In this document: positions 18,378 to 26,454 of the stretch, piece by piece
Position numbering within the stretch: position 1 is the first letter of the stretch
Layout: every line of letters starts with the position of its first letter
Source of the DNA: a virus
Taxonomy: Duplodnaviria; Heunggongvirae; Uroviricota; Caudoviricetes
IMG/VR virus record: IMGVR_UViG_3300028888_000058
Location: 1 to 39,059 of that record
DNA: 39,059 nucleotides
Strand: one strand, 5' to 3'
Notes under the pieces: generated by a model
The model's input: the letters and a program-made list of their open reading frames with translations, nothing else
What the model was told of the DNA's origin: nothing
The model's database searches: none
Made by a program: the position numbers and the translations under genes

Positions 18378-18721
18378 AATATCCAAAAGTAGGTGAAAAA
18401 TTTTATTGGAAAAATCAAGATGGTGAAATTTTTGAAGATACTTGTTTAAAAATTGAAGCAGATGATATTCCTACATTAGAAACAATGTTCTTTATATTTT
18501 TAACAGAAAATGGAGGAGGTAGTTTTGTTTCTGAAAGCAATATAATAGATTCAAATTCTATTGAAGTTATAAATTTCAAAAAAGAACAATTAAAAAATAA
18601 ACTTAAAGAAATTTCAGATTTAATTTCTCAAAAGGAAGTTAGAAAAATTCTAATGGCTAAATTAATTAATGAATATGGTTGGCTTGAAGCAGATAAAATT
18701 TTAGATATTTTAAGTAACTAA
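18374..18721 (+). CDS. Hypothetical protein
   Basis: ATGA-coupled ORF. Confidence 0.8.
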   Translation: MKYPKVGEKFYWKNQDGEIFEDTCLKIEADDIPTLETMFFIFLTENGGGSFVSESNIIDSNSIEVINFKKEQLKNKLKEISDLISQKEVRKILMAKLINEYGWLEADKILDILSN

Positions 18722-18739
18722 ATAATAATTTTTTATATT

Positions 18740-19078
18740 ATGAATAAGTCATTGTATTTTATTGAATGTACTGCAAAAGATGATATTGAATTTAAGAACG
18801 GCTGGACAGATACAATTAAGACTGTTTATAAAAAGGGTGATGTTGTTTATTTTAACCCTAAAGCATCGTCTAATGAAACATATGTAGGATACGGAAAAGA
18901 TAATCCGTACTGTTATTGGAGTAATTCGCATATTCCTTTTACACGTCAGAAGAAGTTTGCTAAGAAATGGCAGATTAAAGAGTATGCAGATAAAAATGCA
19001 AGATGGATTGAACAAATTGGTCATTTCACGCCAGTTGTCAAAGAAATTAAATTAAAATATGTTGAAGAAGAGATATGA
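18740..19078 (+). CDS. Hypothetical protein
   Basis: 112-aa ORF. Confidence 0.8.
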   Translation: MNKSLYFIECTAKDDIEFKNGWTDTIKTVYKKGDVVYFNPKASSNETYVGYGKDNPYCYWSNSHIPFTRQKKFAKKWQIKEYADKNARWIEQIGHFTPVVKEIKLKYVEEEI

Positions 19079-19233
19079 TAGAATTATCTAATGATATGAA
19101 AAGTTATCTATTTCAAAGATTCCTTAGAAATAATGCAAATAAATATACACATTATTATAAGGAATGGATTGATAACATAACACAAGATCAATTAAGTTAT
19201 TTTATATTAGAAAAGCAACGTCTTAACAAATGA
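19075..19233 (+). CDS. Hypothetical small protein (52 aa, not in ORF track)
   Basis: ATGA overlaps at both ends. Confidence 0.7.
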   Translation: MIELSNDMKSYLFQRFLRNNANKYTHYYKEWIDNITQDQLSYFILEKQRLNK

Positions 19234-19553
19234 AAGGCCCATCATTAGAACGACAATATAATATTATTCAGGAACAAATCAAGAAAAAGATTGATAATTA
19301 TAATTCAAAATTCGATGTACAAGAATGTGATTATTTATATGGTCCACAATTTCCTGTTGGAATGGGTGTAGGACCTATTCGTTATAGTAGATGGGAATTA
19401 TATAAATTTGATGAAGAAAAATTTCAAATTTGTAAGAATAAAAACCCGAAAGAACTTAATTGTAAAGAATGTCAATCTTGTGGATTATGGGATATTGATG
19501 GTCATTATAAAATTCCATGTTATAATATTATGAAAATAGGAATAGATTTATAA
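19230..19553 (+). CDS. Hypothetical Cys-containing protein
   Basis: CKECQSC motif. Confidence 0.75.
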   Translation: MKGPSLERQYNIIQEQIKKKIDNYNSKFDVQECDYLYGPQFPVGMGVGPIRYSRWELYKFDEEKFQICKNKNPKELNCKECQSCGLWDIDGHYKIPCYNIMKIGIDL

Positions 19554-19556
19554 TAT

Positions 19557-20156
19557 ATGAAAGCTATATTTCTTGATTTTGATGGGGTCATAACAATTCC
19601 ACCAAAATGGCATCTTAATGCTAATAAGATTAAATATATAAAAAGGATTGTAGATGAAACAGGAGCTAAAATTATTGTTTCATCTTCTTGGCGTCGTGAA
19701 AATGTTAAAAAGACAATTAATGATATGATTGGTAAAACAAAACGATGTCCAAGAAATAAAATGCTTTATTGGCTTATTGATAATCTTTATGATGTTACAT
19801 CTTGGTTTTCTGATAAGAAATATAATGGAACTGGTAGAGGTGGTGAAATACAATCATGGCTTGATAAACATCCAGAAGTTGATAATTATGTTATAATTGA
19901 TGATGATAATGATATGCTTGACTCACAGTTATATCATTTTGTTCAAACTAATTATGAGGACGGTATTACAGAAACAGAAACAATAAGAGCTATTAAAGTA
20001 CTTAATGGTAAATATTTTCAAAATCCAATGGCTCTTAATTTTGAATTACGATTCCAACATTTATTAAAATGTCATAATTTACCAAATAAGTGTGAAGAAC
20101 TACAACAATATAATGATCTTTGTAAAGATTTAGATAATAGATATGAAGGAATATAA
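19557..20156 (+). CDS. HAD-superfamily phosphatase, HAD_SAK_2 (Swiss-Army-Knife RNA-repair-like)
   Basis: FLDFDGV, IIVSSSWR, RGGEIQSWL, YVIIDDDNDM, FVQT motifs. Confidence 0.88.
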   Translation: MKAIFLDFDGVITIPPKWHLNANKIKYIKRIVDETGAKIIVSSSWRRENVKKTINDMIGKTKRCPRNKMLYWLIDNLYDVTSWFSDKKYNGTGRGGEIQSWLDKHPEVDNYVIIDDDNDMLDSQLYHFVQTNYEDGITETETIRAIKVLNGKYFQNPMALNFELRFQHLLKCHNLPNKCEELQQYNDLCKDLDNRYEGI

Positions 20157-20685
20157 TATCATATTCTTAGATATTGATGGTGTTATGAATAGTGTCCAAT
20201 ATGATTGTTGGAGACAAAATAAGAAATTGAATAGATTAAGATATGGTAGTATTGATACAAGAGAATGCTATAGAATGGCTAAATTCTGTGAAGACAATAA
20301 TGTTAAGTTGGTCATATCGTCTTCTTGGAGAAATGGAAATTCTTGGGAACAGAATAATGAAGACTTTATAAGAGATGGTAATTGTTTAGGAGAATTTCAC
20401 TTACATGGTTTAGAAATATTAGCACCTTATGTAGTTGGTGTTACTCCATATTCTAAAAGCAGGCATCGTGGTCAAGAAATTCAATATTTTATAGATATAA
20501 CAAATGGAAAATATCCAGAATATCGTAAAATAATGAAAGAAGATTTTACTATATTAAATTATTGTATAGTAGATGATGATAATGATATGTTAGATATTCA
20601 GAAAAAGAATTTTGTACAGACTAATCCTTGGACTGGAATAACAAGAAAGAATTATCATAAAATAAAAGAAATACTTAAATTATGA
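20143..20685 (+). CDS. Second HAD_SAK_2-like phosphatase (tandem paralog)
   Basis: FLDIDGV, LVISSSWR, RGQEIQ, YCIVDDDNDM, FVQT motifs. Confidence 0.88.
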   Translation: MKEYNIIFLDIDGVMNSVQYDCWRQNKKLNRLRYGSIDTRECYRMAKFCEDNNVKLVISSSWRNGNSWEQNNEDFIRDGNCLGEFHLHGLEILAPYVVGVTPYSKSRHRGQEIQYFIDITNGKYPEYRKIMKEDFTILNYCIVDDDNDMLDIQKKNFVQTNPWTGITRKNYHKIKEILKL

Positions 20686-20870
20686 ACATAAAGAAAGAAT
20701 ATATTAGGTGTCTTAAAGATCCTGTTTATTTCTTTAATAAATATTGTAAGGTATATAATAAAGAAACCGGAGAATATGTTAATCTTAAAATAACACATAA
20801 GCAATATGAGAGATTTATTAAATTCAAGAATTCACAAAATTCTAGACAAACGAGACAAGCTAAACTATAA
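20682..20870 (+). CDS. Mini-protein resembling the N-terminus of T4-type large terminase
   Basis: EYIRCLKDPVYFFNKYCKV...G pattern (recalled gp17 N-terminal ExxKCxxDPxYFxxxY); no ATPase domain follows. Confidence 0.5.
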   Translation: MNIKKEYIRCLKDPVYFFNKYCKVYNKETGEYVNLKITHKQYERFIKFKNSQNSRQTRQAKL

Positions 20871-21312
20871 TGTATGTTATGATTGTCCAAGTGAAGGATA
20901 TGATATGTATCGTAGGGAGGAAGAAGAAAAGAATGATTGGAAAAGAAAGTATGAAGAACTTCAAGAAAAATTCAAAAATTTCTTTGATATTCCAAAACAG
21001 AATGAATTAGGAGAAAAGTTTCCATGGTCAGGATATATTGATATGAATGGAAAGATATATAAATGCAATTCTTGTGAACATGAATCTATTATACGACAGA
21101 TTATCTTTAAGGAATATTTAGATGAATATTTTAAGGTACCTGCATCATTTTATGATCATAAACCACAAGGAACATTTCAAGAAGAATACTTTGCAATGAA
21201 GTATCTTGGATTTGCTAAGGTATCATCTTTTGAAAATGCTCCAACTAAAAAGATTCTGTTCTTTTATGATAAACTTACATGGAAACAATCTAATGAAATA
21301 TATCCAACATAA
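20806..21312 (+). CDS. Hypothetical protein
   Basis: 168-aa ORF. Confidence 0.8.
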   Translation: MRDLLNSRIHKILDKRDKLNYNVCYDCPSEGYDMYRREEEEKNDWKRKYEELQEKFKNFFDIPKQNELGEKFPWSGYIDMNGKIYKCNSCEHESIIRQIIFKEYLDEYFKVPASFYDHKPQGTFQEEYFAMKYLGFAKVSSFENAPTKKILFFYDKLTWKQSNEIYPT

Positions 21313-21314
21313 TA

Positions 21315-22088
21315 ATGAAAACACCATTTGATAAAATATATGTATTAACTTTACCATCATTTAAAGATCGTTATACTTTCGTTGGTAATCAATTAAAAGA
21401 TTTAAATATTGATTATCAATTTTTATGGGGAACAGATTTTGGTAATATTAATATGGATGCGTATGGATATAAAATACATTATCCATATTTATGTTTATAC
21501 AGTAATTTATATACTGGTAAAGATTTTAGTTGTACAATTAATCATTATAATGCAGTATATCAAGCATATGAGTTTGGGTATGAAAAAATACTTATTATGG
21601 AAGATGATATATGTTTTTTAAAAAATAAAGAATTAATAGAAGCAATTTTTAATAGTATTCCTGATGATGCTGATTTTGTAACATATGATCCACGTTTTAG
21701 TAATTTTATAGAAGATTTTAAACAATTTAATAATGATTTAATAATTAATAAAGATAAATCATATTTTAAAGATATTGGACAATATAAATTAATGTTCGGT
21801 GGGATGTTATATGCTATAATGAACAGAACAACAATGAAATTATATTTAAATAATCAAAGAAAAAATATTTGGATGTCAGATGTTGTTCAAGGCATATTTA
21901 ATAATGTTAAAATAAATAAATATGTATGTACAAAATGTATTTGTACAGATCAATTTAATATTAAGAATAATTTTAATGCTGGTAATTTAATATGGTATAA
22001 AAATAATTATAAAGATTTAAACATATCTAATTTTTATATACCATCAAATTATCATATATTTGAAAGAGATACAAAAACATATAAATAA
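21315..22088 (+). CDS. Glycosyltransferase family 25-like
   Basis: FDKIYVLTL, SCTINHY, KILIMEDD motifs. Confidence 0.8.
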   Translation: MKTPFDKIYVLTLPSFKDRYTFVGNQLKDLNIDYQFLWGTDFGNINMDAYGYKIHYPYLCLYSNLYTGKDFSCTINHYNAVYQAYEFGYEKILIMEDDICFLKNKELIEAIFNSIPDDADFVTYDPRFSNFIEDFKQFNNDLIINKDKSYFKDIGQYKLMFGGMLYAIMNRTTMKLYLNNQRKNIWMSDVVQGIFNNVKINKYVCTKCICTDQFNIKNNFNAGNLIWYKNNYKDLNISNFYIPSNYHIFERDTKTYK

Positions 22089-22092
22089 TTTA

Positions 22093-22851
22093 ATGAAAAT
22101 ACCGTTTAACAAAATATATGTAATAACGTGTCCTTCTTTTAAAGAAAGATTTTTATTTGTAAATAATCAATTAAAAGATTTAGGTATATGTAATTATTCT
22201 TTTATTTGGGGTTCAGATTTAGGAAATTTTAAAAAGGATTCATTAGGGTATAAAATACAATGGCCTCAATTATGGGAATATGAGCATAATTGTACTGGTA
22301 GAGATTTTGGGTGCACATTATCACATTACGATGCAATATATCAAGCATATGAATTTGGATATGAAAAAATACTTATTATTGAAGATGATATATGCTTTAT
22401 AAAAAATAAAGAATTATTAGAAGTAATTCTTAATAATATTCCAAGTGATGCAGATTTTGTTACATATGATCCTAGATTTTGGTTTGATATAGATTTTAAT
22501 CAATTTCATAATGATATTAAAACATCAAATTATTATATAAAAGATAAATATAATTTTATGTTTGGAAGTATGATGTATGGAATAATGAATAGAAATTCAA
22601 TGAATTTATATCTTAATAATCAAAGAAAAAATTTATTTATAGCAGATCATGTACAAGGATTTTTTTGCAATGTATCAGTAAATAAATATGTATGTACAAA
22701 ATGCTTATGTACAGATCAATTTAATATTGAAAATAATTTTAATTATACAAAAAAGAATAAAGCATATAAGAATAATTATAAAGATAATGAAAACTTAAAA
22801 ATTAGTGATTTTTATATTCCTGAAAAATATCAATCATTTTTACGTACATAA
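22093..22851 (+). CDS. Glycosyltransferase family 25-like, tandem paralog
   Basis: FNKIYVIT, GCTLSHY, KILIIEDD; start moved to ATG 22093 to match paralog. Confidence 0.8.
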   Translation: MKIPFNKIYVITCPSFKERFLFVNNQLKDLGICNYSFIWGSDLGNFKKDSLGYKIQWPQLWEYEHNCTGRDFGCTLSHYDAIYQAYEFGYEKILIIEDDICFIKNKELLEVILNNIPSDADFVTYDPRFWFDIDFNQFHNDIKTSNYYIKDKYNFMFGSMMYGIMNRNSMNLYLNNQRKNLFIADHVQGFFCNVSVNKYVCTKCLCTDQFNIENNFNYTKKNKAYKNNYKDNENLKISDFYIPEKYQSFLRT

Positions 22852-22879
22852 TTGAATTTTTTAAATAATATACTATATT
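22851..22879 (+). promoter_or_regulatory. Putative early promoter
   Basis: attgaa 22851-22856, N17, tatatt 22874-22879; aatcaaataa at 22891. Confidence 0.65.
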
Positions 22880-22902
22880 TATATTATAAAAATCAAATAA
22901 AT

Positions 22903-23229
22903 ATGATTACAATTAAAAAGCTTCATAAAAAATACGGTAAACGTAAAATTCAAGTTTTTGAAGATAAAAAAATGCTCGGCGAAATAACTGAATGCTGGCA
23001 TTGGATTTCATTACCGAGAGAAAATCACGAAATTCTTCGAAAAGTTGCAATGGAGAATCTTTGGTGGTTGCTTCATTCAGACAACATTGGAGAAGATTAT
23101 ACTGAACTTGAAGCTTGGGAAGAAAAAATTGAACGTTGGGATAAGGGTCATTCTTATGGAGCTAATAATGAATCATTATTCTTTCCAGGAGAAAAGGATG
23201 TAGCATTAAATTCAATTAATAATAAGTAA
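22903..23229 (+). CDS. Hypothetical protein
   Basis: ATG 22903 downstream of promoter, in frame with the track ORF. Confidence 0.75.
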   Translation: MITIKKLHKKYGKRKIQVFEDKKMLGEITECWHWISLPRENHEILRKVAMENLWWLLHSDNIGEDYTELEAWEEKIERWDKGHSYGANNESLFFPGEKDVALNSINNK

Positions 23230-23230
23230 T

Positions 23231-23629
23231 ATGACATTTCCAGAAATATTTGAACAGTTTAAGAATCATATTTTTATCAGACGTGAAAGCTGGGAAAATA
23301 ATGTATTTATTCAATTAAGACATACAACATTATTAATTCGTCTTGTAAAGTATGAAATTAGAAAATCACCAGAAACATTGGATAATGATATAAGATTATC
23401 TGCTGAAGATCTGATTGCTGATGATTGGATTGATATTAATATAGAAGATTTCATGTCAAAGAAACCATCAAAACCAAAAACATTATGGGAATATATAGAT
23501 ACTTTAGATAACGGATCTGACAAATGGCGTGAAGCTATAGATCTTGGTGTTAAATATCATAAAGATGGTAAGAACCCTGACGAATATCTTGAAGAAATTA
23601 TTAATAAGGTTGAACATTCTAAAAATTAA
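23231..23629 (+). CDS. DUF2829/Tad2-like protein with C-terminal extension
   Basis: MTF...K..I.R..W N-terminus and LSAEDLIADDW motif. Confidence 0.6.
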   Translation: MTFPEIFEQFKNHIFIRRESWENNVFIQLRHTTLLIRLVKYEIRKSPETLDNDIRLSAEDLIADDWIDINIEDFMSKKPSKPKTLWEYIDTLDNGSDKWREAIDLGVKYHKDGKNPDEYLEEIINKVEHSKN

Positions 23630-23634
23630 TTAAT

Positions 23635-23778
23635 ATGACTGTTAAAAACAATAATGGAGAAATTTTAAATTGTGAAATTAATTTAGGTAGTATTCACGTT
23701 TGGAATGAAAATAATGATTATCGATTAGATATTGATTCTGGTGAATTTGAAGAAGAATTTGAAATAATAGATGAATAA
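23635..23778 (+). CDS. Hypothetical small acidic protein (47 aa)
   Basis: Fills gap; taatatg start context. Confidence 0.6.
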   Translation: MTVKNNNGEILNCEINLGSIHVWNENNDYRLDIDSGEFEEEFEIIDE

Positions 23779-23783
23779 ATAAA

Positions 23784-23809
23784 TGTTCTATTCACTGAGC
23801 TATGGAACC
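23784..23809 (-). pseudogene. 26-nt tRNA 5' fragment (Arg-like), no anticodon arm
   Basis: Minus strand GGTTCCATAGCTCAGTGAATAGAACA = acceptor 5' strand + T8A9 + D arm. Confidence 0.55.
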
Positions 23810-23883
23810 GCAATAAAAATTCAGTAAATAAAAACATTTATTAACAATATGGAATTGTTAAAATTTCATTAAAACAAACAATT

Positions 23884-24717
23884 ATGGGAAAGCAAAAAAG
23901 AAGTGAGAACACTTATCAGAAGATTAACACAATCTTCATGCGTGATGCAAAGAATGTAATTATGCCGTATGAGCCATTTGTTGAGCCAGAATTTGAATAC
24001 TTACGTGGTCTTAAGTGGCGTGGCGAATGCAAAATTGATGGAACTAATATGCGTATTGAAGTTACTAAGGAAATTGTTCCTTCAGAAACAAGTGTTGTGC
24101 CTGAAGTTGCAGGTGTAAAGTTTAATGTACGTTATGCAGGTAAGACTGATAATGCACAGATTCCACCAAAGTTGCTTAAATTCATGGAAGAGAATTATCC
24201 TAAGGAGAAAGTATTGGCTTCTCTTGGACTTAAGGATTTTATTCCCGTTGAAGAGTGGGAAACAGACCACAACTGGTTAGAGTATGACCAAATTCCTAAT
24301 ATCTATACTATCTATGGTGAGGGCTATGGAGCAGGTATTCAGAAGGCTGGTGGTAACTATATTAAAAATGGTGTAGGATTTATTGTATTTGATGTTAAGG
24401 TAAATGATATCTATCTTAAGACTGATGCTCGTGATGAGATCGCAACAAAGCTTGGTGCTCCTATTGTTCCATTGATGGGTTACTTTACTCTTGATGAGGC
24501 AATTGATTTTGTTCGTAAGGGATTTAAGACTAGTCTTTGGGATAATAAGGATTTCATTGAGGAAGGTCTTGTACTTCGTACTGACTTGGGCCTTCGTAAC
24601 CGTATGGGCAAACGTTTGATTGTAAAAGTCAAGTATGAGGATTTCCAAAAGTATCGTGCAGTTTATGGTACTGATGGGCCTGTAGAACAAGAAAAGAACA
24701 AAAATTATGAAAAATAA
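23884..24717 (+). CDS. ATP-dependent RNA ligase, Rnl2-like
   Basis: Motif I ECKIDGTN, IYGEGYG, FIVFDV, EEGLVLR, IVKVK. Confidence 0.88.
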   Translation: MGKQKRSENTYQKINTIFMRDAKNVIMPYEPFVEPEFEYLRGLKWRGECKIDGTNMRIEVTKEIVPSETSVVPEVAGVKFNVRYAGKTDNAQIPPKLLKFMEENYPKEKVLASLGLKDFIPVEEWETDHNWLEYDQIPNIYTIYGEGYGAGIQKAGGNYIKNGVGFIVFDVKVNDIYLKTDARDEIATKLGAPIVPLMGYFTLDEAIDFVRKGFKTSLWDNKDFIEEGLVLRTDLGLRNRMGKRLIVKVKYEDFQKYRAVYGTDGPVEQEKNKNYEK

Positions 24718-24720
24718 AAG

Positions 24721-24783
24721 TCAGCCAGGGAGACTATAAAATTATTCTCTGATGAGACCTGGACGAAAATATATTCCCTCTGA
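24721..24783 (+). ncRNA. Candidate structured RNA containing hammerhead core boxes
   Basis: CTGATGAG 24749-24756, CGAAA 24764-24768; closing stem tcag(cc)aggga/ttccctctga; ccagg/cctgg complement. Confidence 0.4.
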
Positions 24784-24784
24784 A

Positions 24785-24819
24785 TCCACTTGCTTGTGAA
24801 AGTAGGTGGATTTTTTATT
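24785..24819 (+). terminator. Intrinsic terminator, copy 1 of a 35-bp direct repeat
   Basis: tccacttgctt-gtga-aagtaggtgga-tttttt, GNRA loop. Confidence 0.85.
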
Positions 24820-24909
24820 AAATTTTTTGTTATTGTAAAAATAAATTACTATTTTAATATAATCAATGTTTTATTAATGTTGACAATAAAAATATTTTAT
24901 TAGTAATTT

Positions 24910-25584
24910 ATGAAGAAATTCAAATTATTTATTATGATTGTTTTATTCAGCTTAATGCTTGGATTTAGTTCATGCAACGGTTGTGGTAAAGCAACAGAGC
25001 CTCAACCACAGACAGATTCAATAGAGGTTGCTGCAGATTCAGTAGTTACAAATGCTGTAATTAATGTTGAAAATACAATTTCTTTGGATCGTCAATCAAT
25101 GTATGTTAAATCAGGTGGCGATTATCGTTGGTTCGAAACTGAAATTCTTCTTCCTGAATTTATGGATGCAGAAAATGCAACTAGTGATCCTGTAATGGTT
25201 GTTAATATTTTCCAAAAGGTTATTGAAAGAGGAAACGGTTTTGATACTTATGTATATAAGTTCCAACACTTTAATGATGGTACAGTACTTACAGACTCTG
25301 TTGCTGGATTCTGGGTTGAAAATTGGCCTTTAGAAGATAAAGCAATTAAACTTAAGTATGCAGAAGCTTGGGATAAAATACAACAAGTTAATTTCCCAAA
25401 GCCACACTCAAAGCACGTTACTTTAAGAAATCCAATTGGTCCTATTGAAATTAATACACAATGGATCTTTGGTAATATTAAAGAACAAATTTGGGTAGAT
25501 GCAGTTACTGGAGAATGCAAAAATTCTAATCCTGCATTCCCAGAAGAAAAAGGATTTAAAATGCCATTAGGCGAGTGGCCATAA
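24910..25584 (+). CDS. Putative lipoprotein
   Basis: MKKFKLFIMIVLFSLMLGFSS-C lipobox; flanked by identical terminators. Confidence 0.8.
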   Translation: MKKFKLFIMIVLFSLMLGFSSCNGCGKATEPQPQTDSIEVAADSVVTNAVINVENTISLDRQSMYVKSGGDYRWFETEILLPEFMDAENATSDPVMVVNIFQKVIERGNGFDTYVYKFQHFNDGTVLTDSVAGFWVENWPLEDKAIKLKYAEAWDKIQQVNFPKPHSKHVTLRNPIGPIEINTQWIFGNIKEQIWVDAVTGECKNSNPAFPEEKGFKMPLGEWP

Positions 25585-25631
25585 TTTATGACCATAATTT
25601 TTTTTAATTTTTTTTTATTAGTTTTTACGAT

Positions 25632-25666
25632 TCCACTTGCTTGTGAAAGTAGGTGGATTTTTTATT
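25632..25666 (+). terminator. Intrinsic terminator, copy 2 (identical to 24785-24819)
   Basis: 35/35 identity. Confidence 0.85.
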
Positions 25667-25721
25667 TGAATTATTTTCTAGAAATTTGAATATAACAAGT
25701 TCATAAATTTCCTTGTGAAAT

Positions 25722-25750
25722 TTTGAATAATATATAATTTTTTCTATATT
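25722..25750 (+). promoter_or_regulatory. Putative early promoter
   Basis: tttgaa 25722-25727, N17, tatatt 25745-25750. Confidence 0.7.
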
Positions 25751-25789
25751 ATAAATATAAAAAATTAGTAACAATTAAAACTCAAAAAT

Positions 25790-26413
25790 ATGAACGATTA
25801 TCGTACAATCACCCTTGTTTCTCGTAACATTAATTGTTCAACTATTACTGCAGATGAATTTATTGCTGCTATGTTTTCTGATTTTCTCGAGGCTGAGGAG
25901 AAATATAATGACCTTTATATTCCTGAGTGGGAAGCTGTCAAAGTTAGCAATTTCTTTAATCACATGGAATGGGCCCGTAAACGTGCTATTAATTTTGCTG
26001 AAAAGAAATGGAAGACTGAGAAGAAGCGTACTGCTTATGTTGAGTCTGAGGTTGAGAAAGCCCGCAAGAATTATAAGATGAGTGATTTCTATTATGATCT
26101 CTCGTTCTTCGATTTTGATGTAAATCCTGGAGAAATGGGTATCTCAGGTGATTGTTCTATTTCTTATAAGGAGCTAACTCCAATTAAACTCCTCCGTTGC
26201 TTCGAGTCAGTTAAGAATAATAAGTATTTTAAAAAGGCAACTGGTTGGAAGTTTACTTATAAGGCCGATAATAATTCATATCGTACAGCATTCCGTCCAC
26301 ATATTGAACTGATTACTGATACTGAGACTGCTGCTCAGATGCAGAAGGATGCTGAGAATCTGACTGAATCTGTTCGTAAGTTCTATGAGGGATGTACTTA
26401 CTGGGGAGACTAA
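25790..26413 (+). CDS. Hypothetical protein, high-expression codon style
   Basis: 207-aa ORF rich in CGT/AAG/GAG codons. Confidence 0.85.
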   Translation: MNDYRTITLVSRNINCSTITADEFIAAMFSDFLEAEEKYNDLYIPEWEAVKVSNFFNHMEWARKRAINFAEKKWKTEKKRTAYVESEVEKARKNYKMSDFYYDLSFFDFDVNPGEMGISGDCSISYKELTPIKLLRCFESVKNNKYFKKATGWKFTYKADNNSYRTAFRPHIELITDTETAAQMQKDAENLTESVRKFYEGCTYWGD

Positions 26414-26454
26414 TAAATCTCACTATTATTTAAAAACTATTAAAAACAAGTAAT

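Noticed and set aside
20682-21312. Intron-split terminase gene
   Set aside because: No group I/II intron hallmarks, homing endonuclease or downstream terminase exon recognisable
23784-23809. Functional tRNA gene
   Set aside because: Only the first 26 nt are tRNA-like; no anticodon arm, T arm or 3' acceptor strand follows on the minus strand
24721-24783. SAM-I riboswitch, k-turn or box C/D reading of the CUGAUGA...CUGA element; canonical type II/III hammerhead
   Set aside because: No AUCAAGAG/GCAAC SAM elements, the k-turn C-stem does not pair with a 3-nt bulge, and no NUH site is positioned for types II/III
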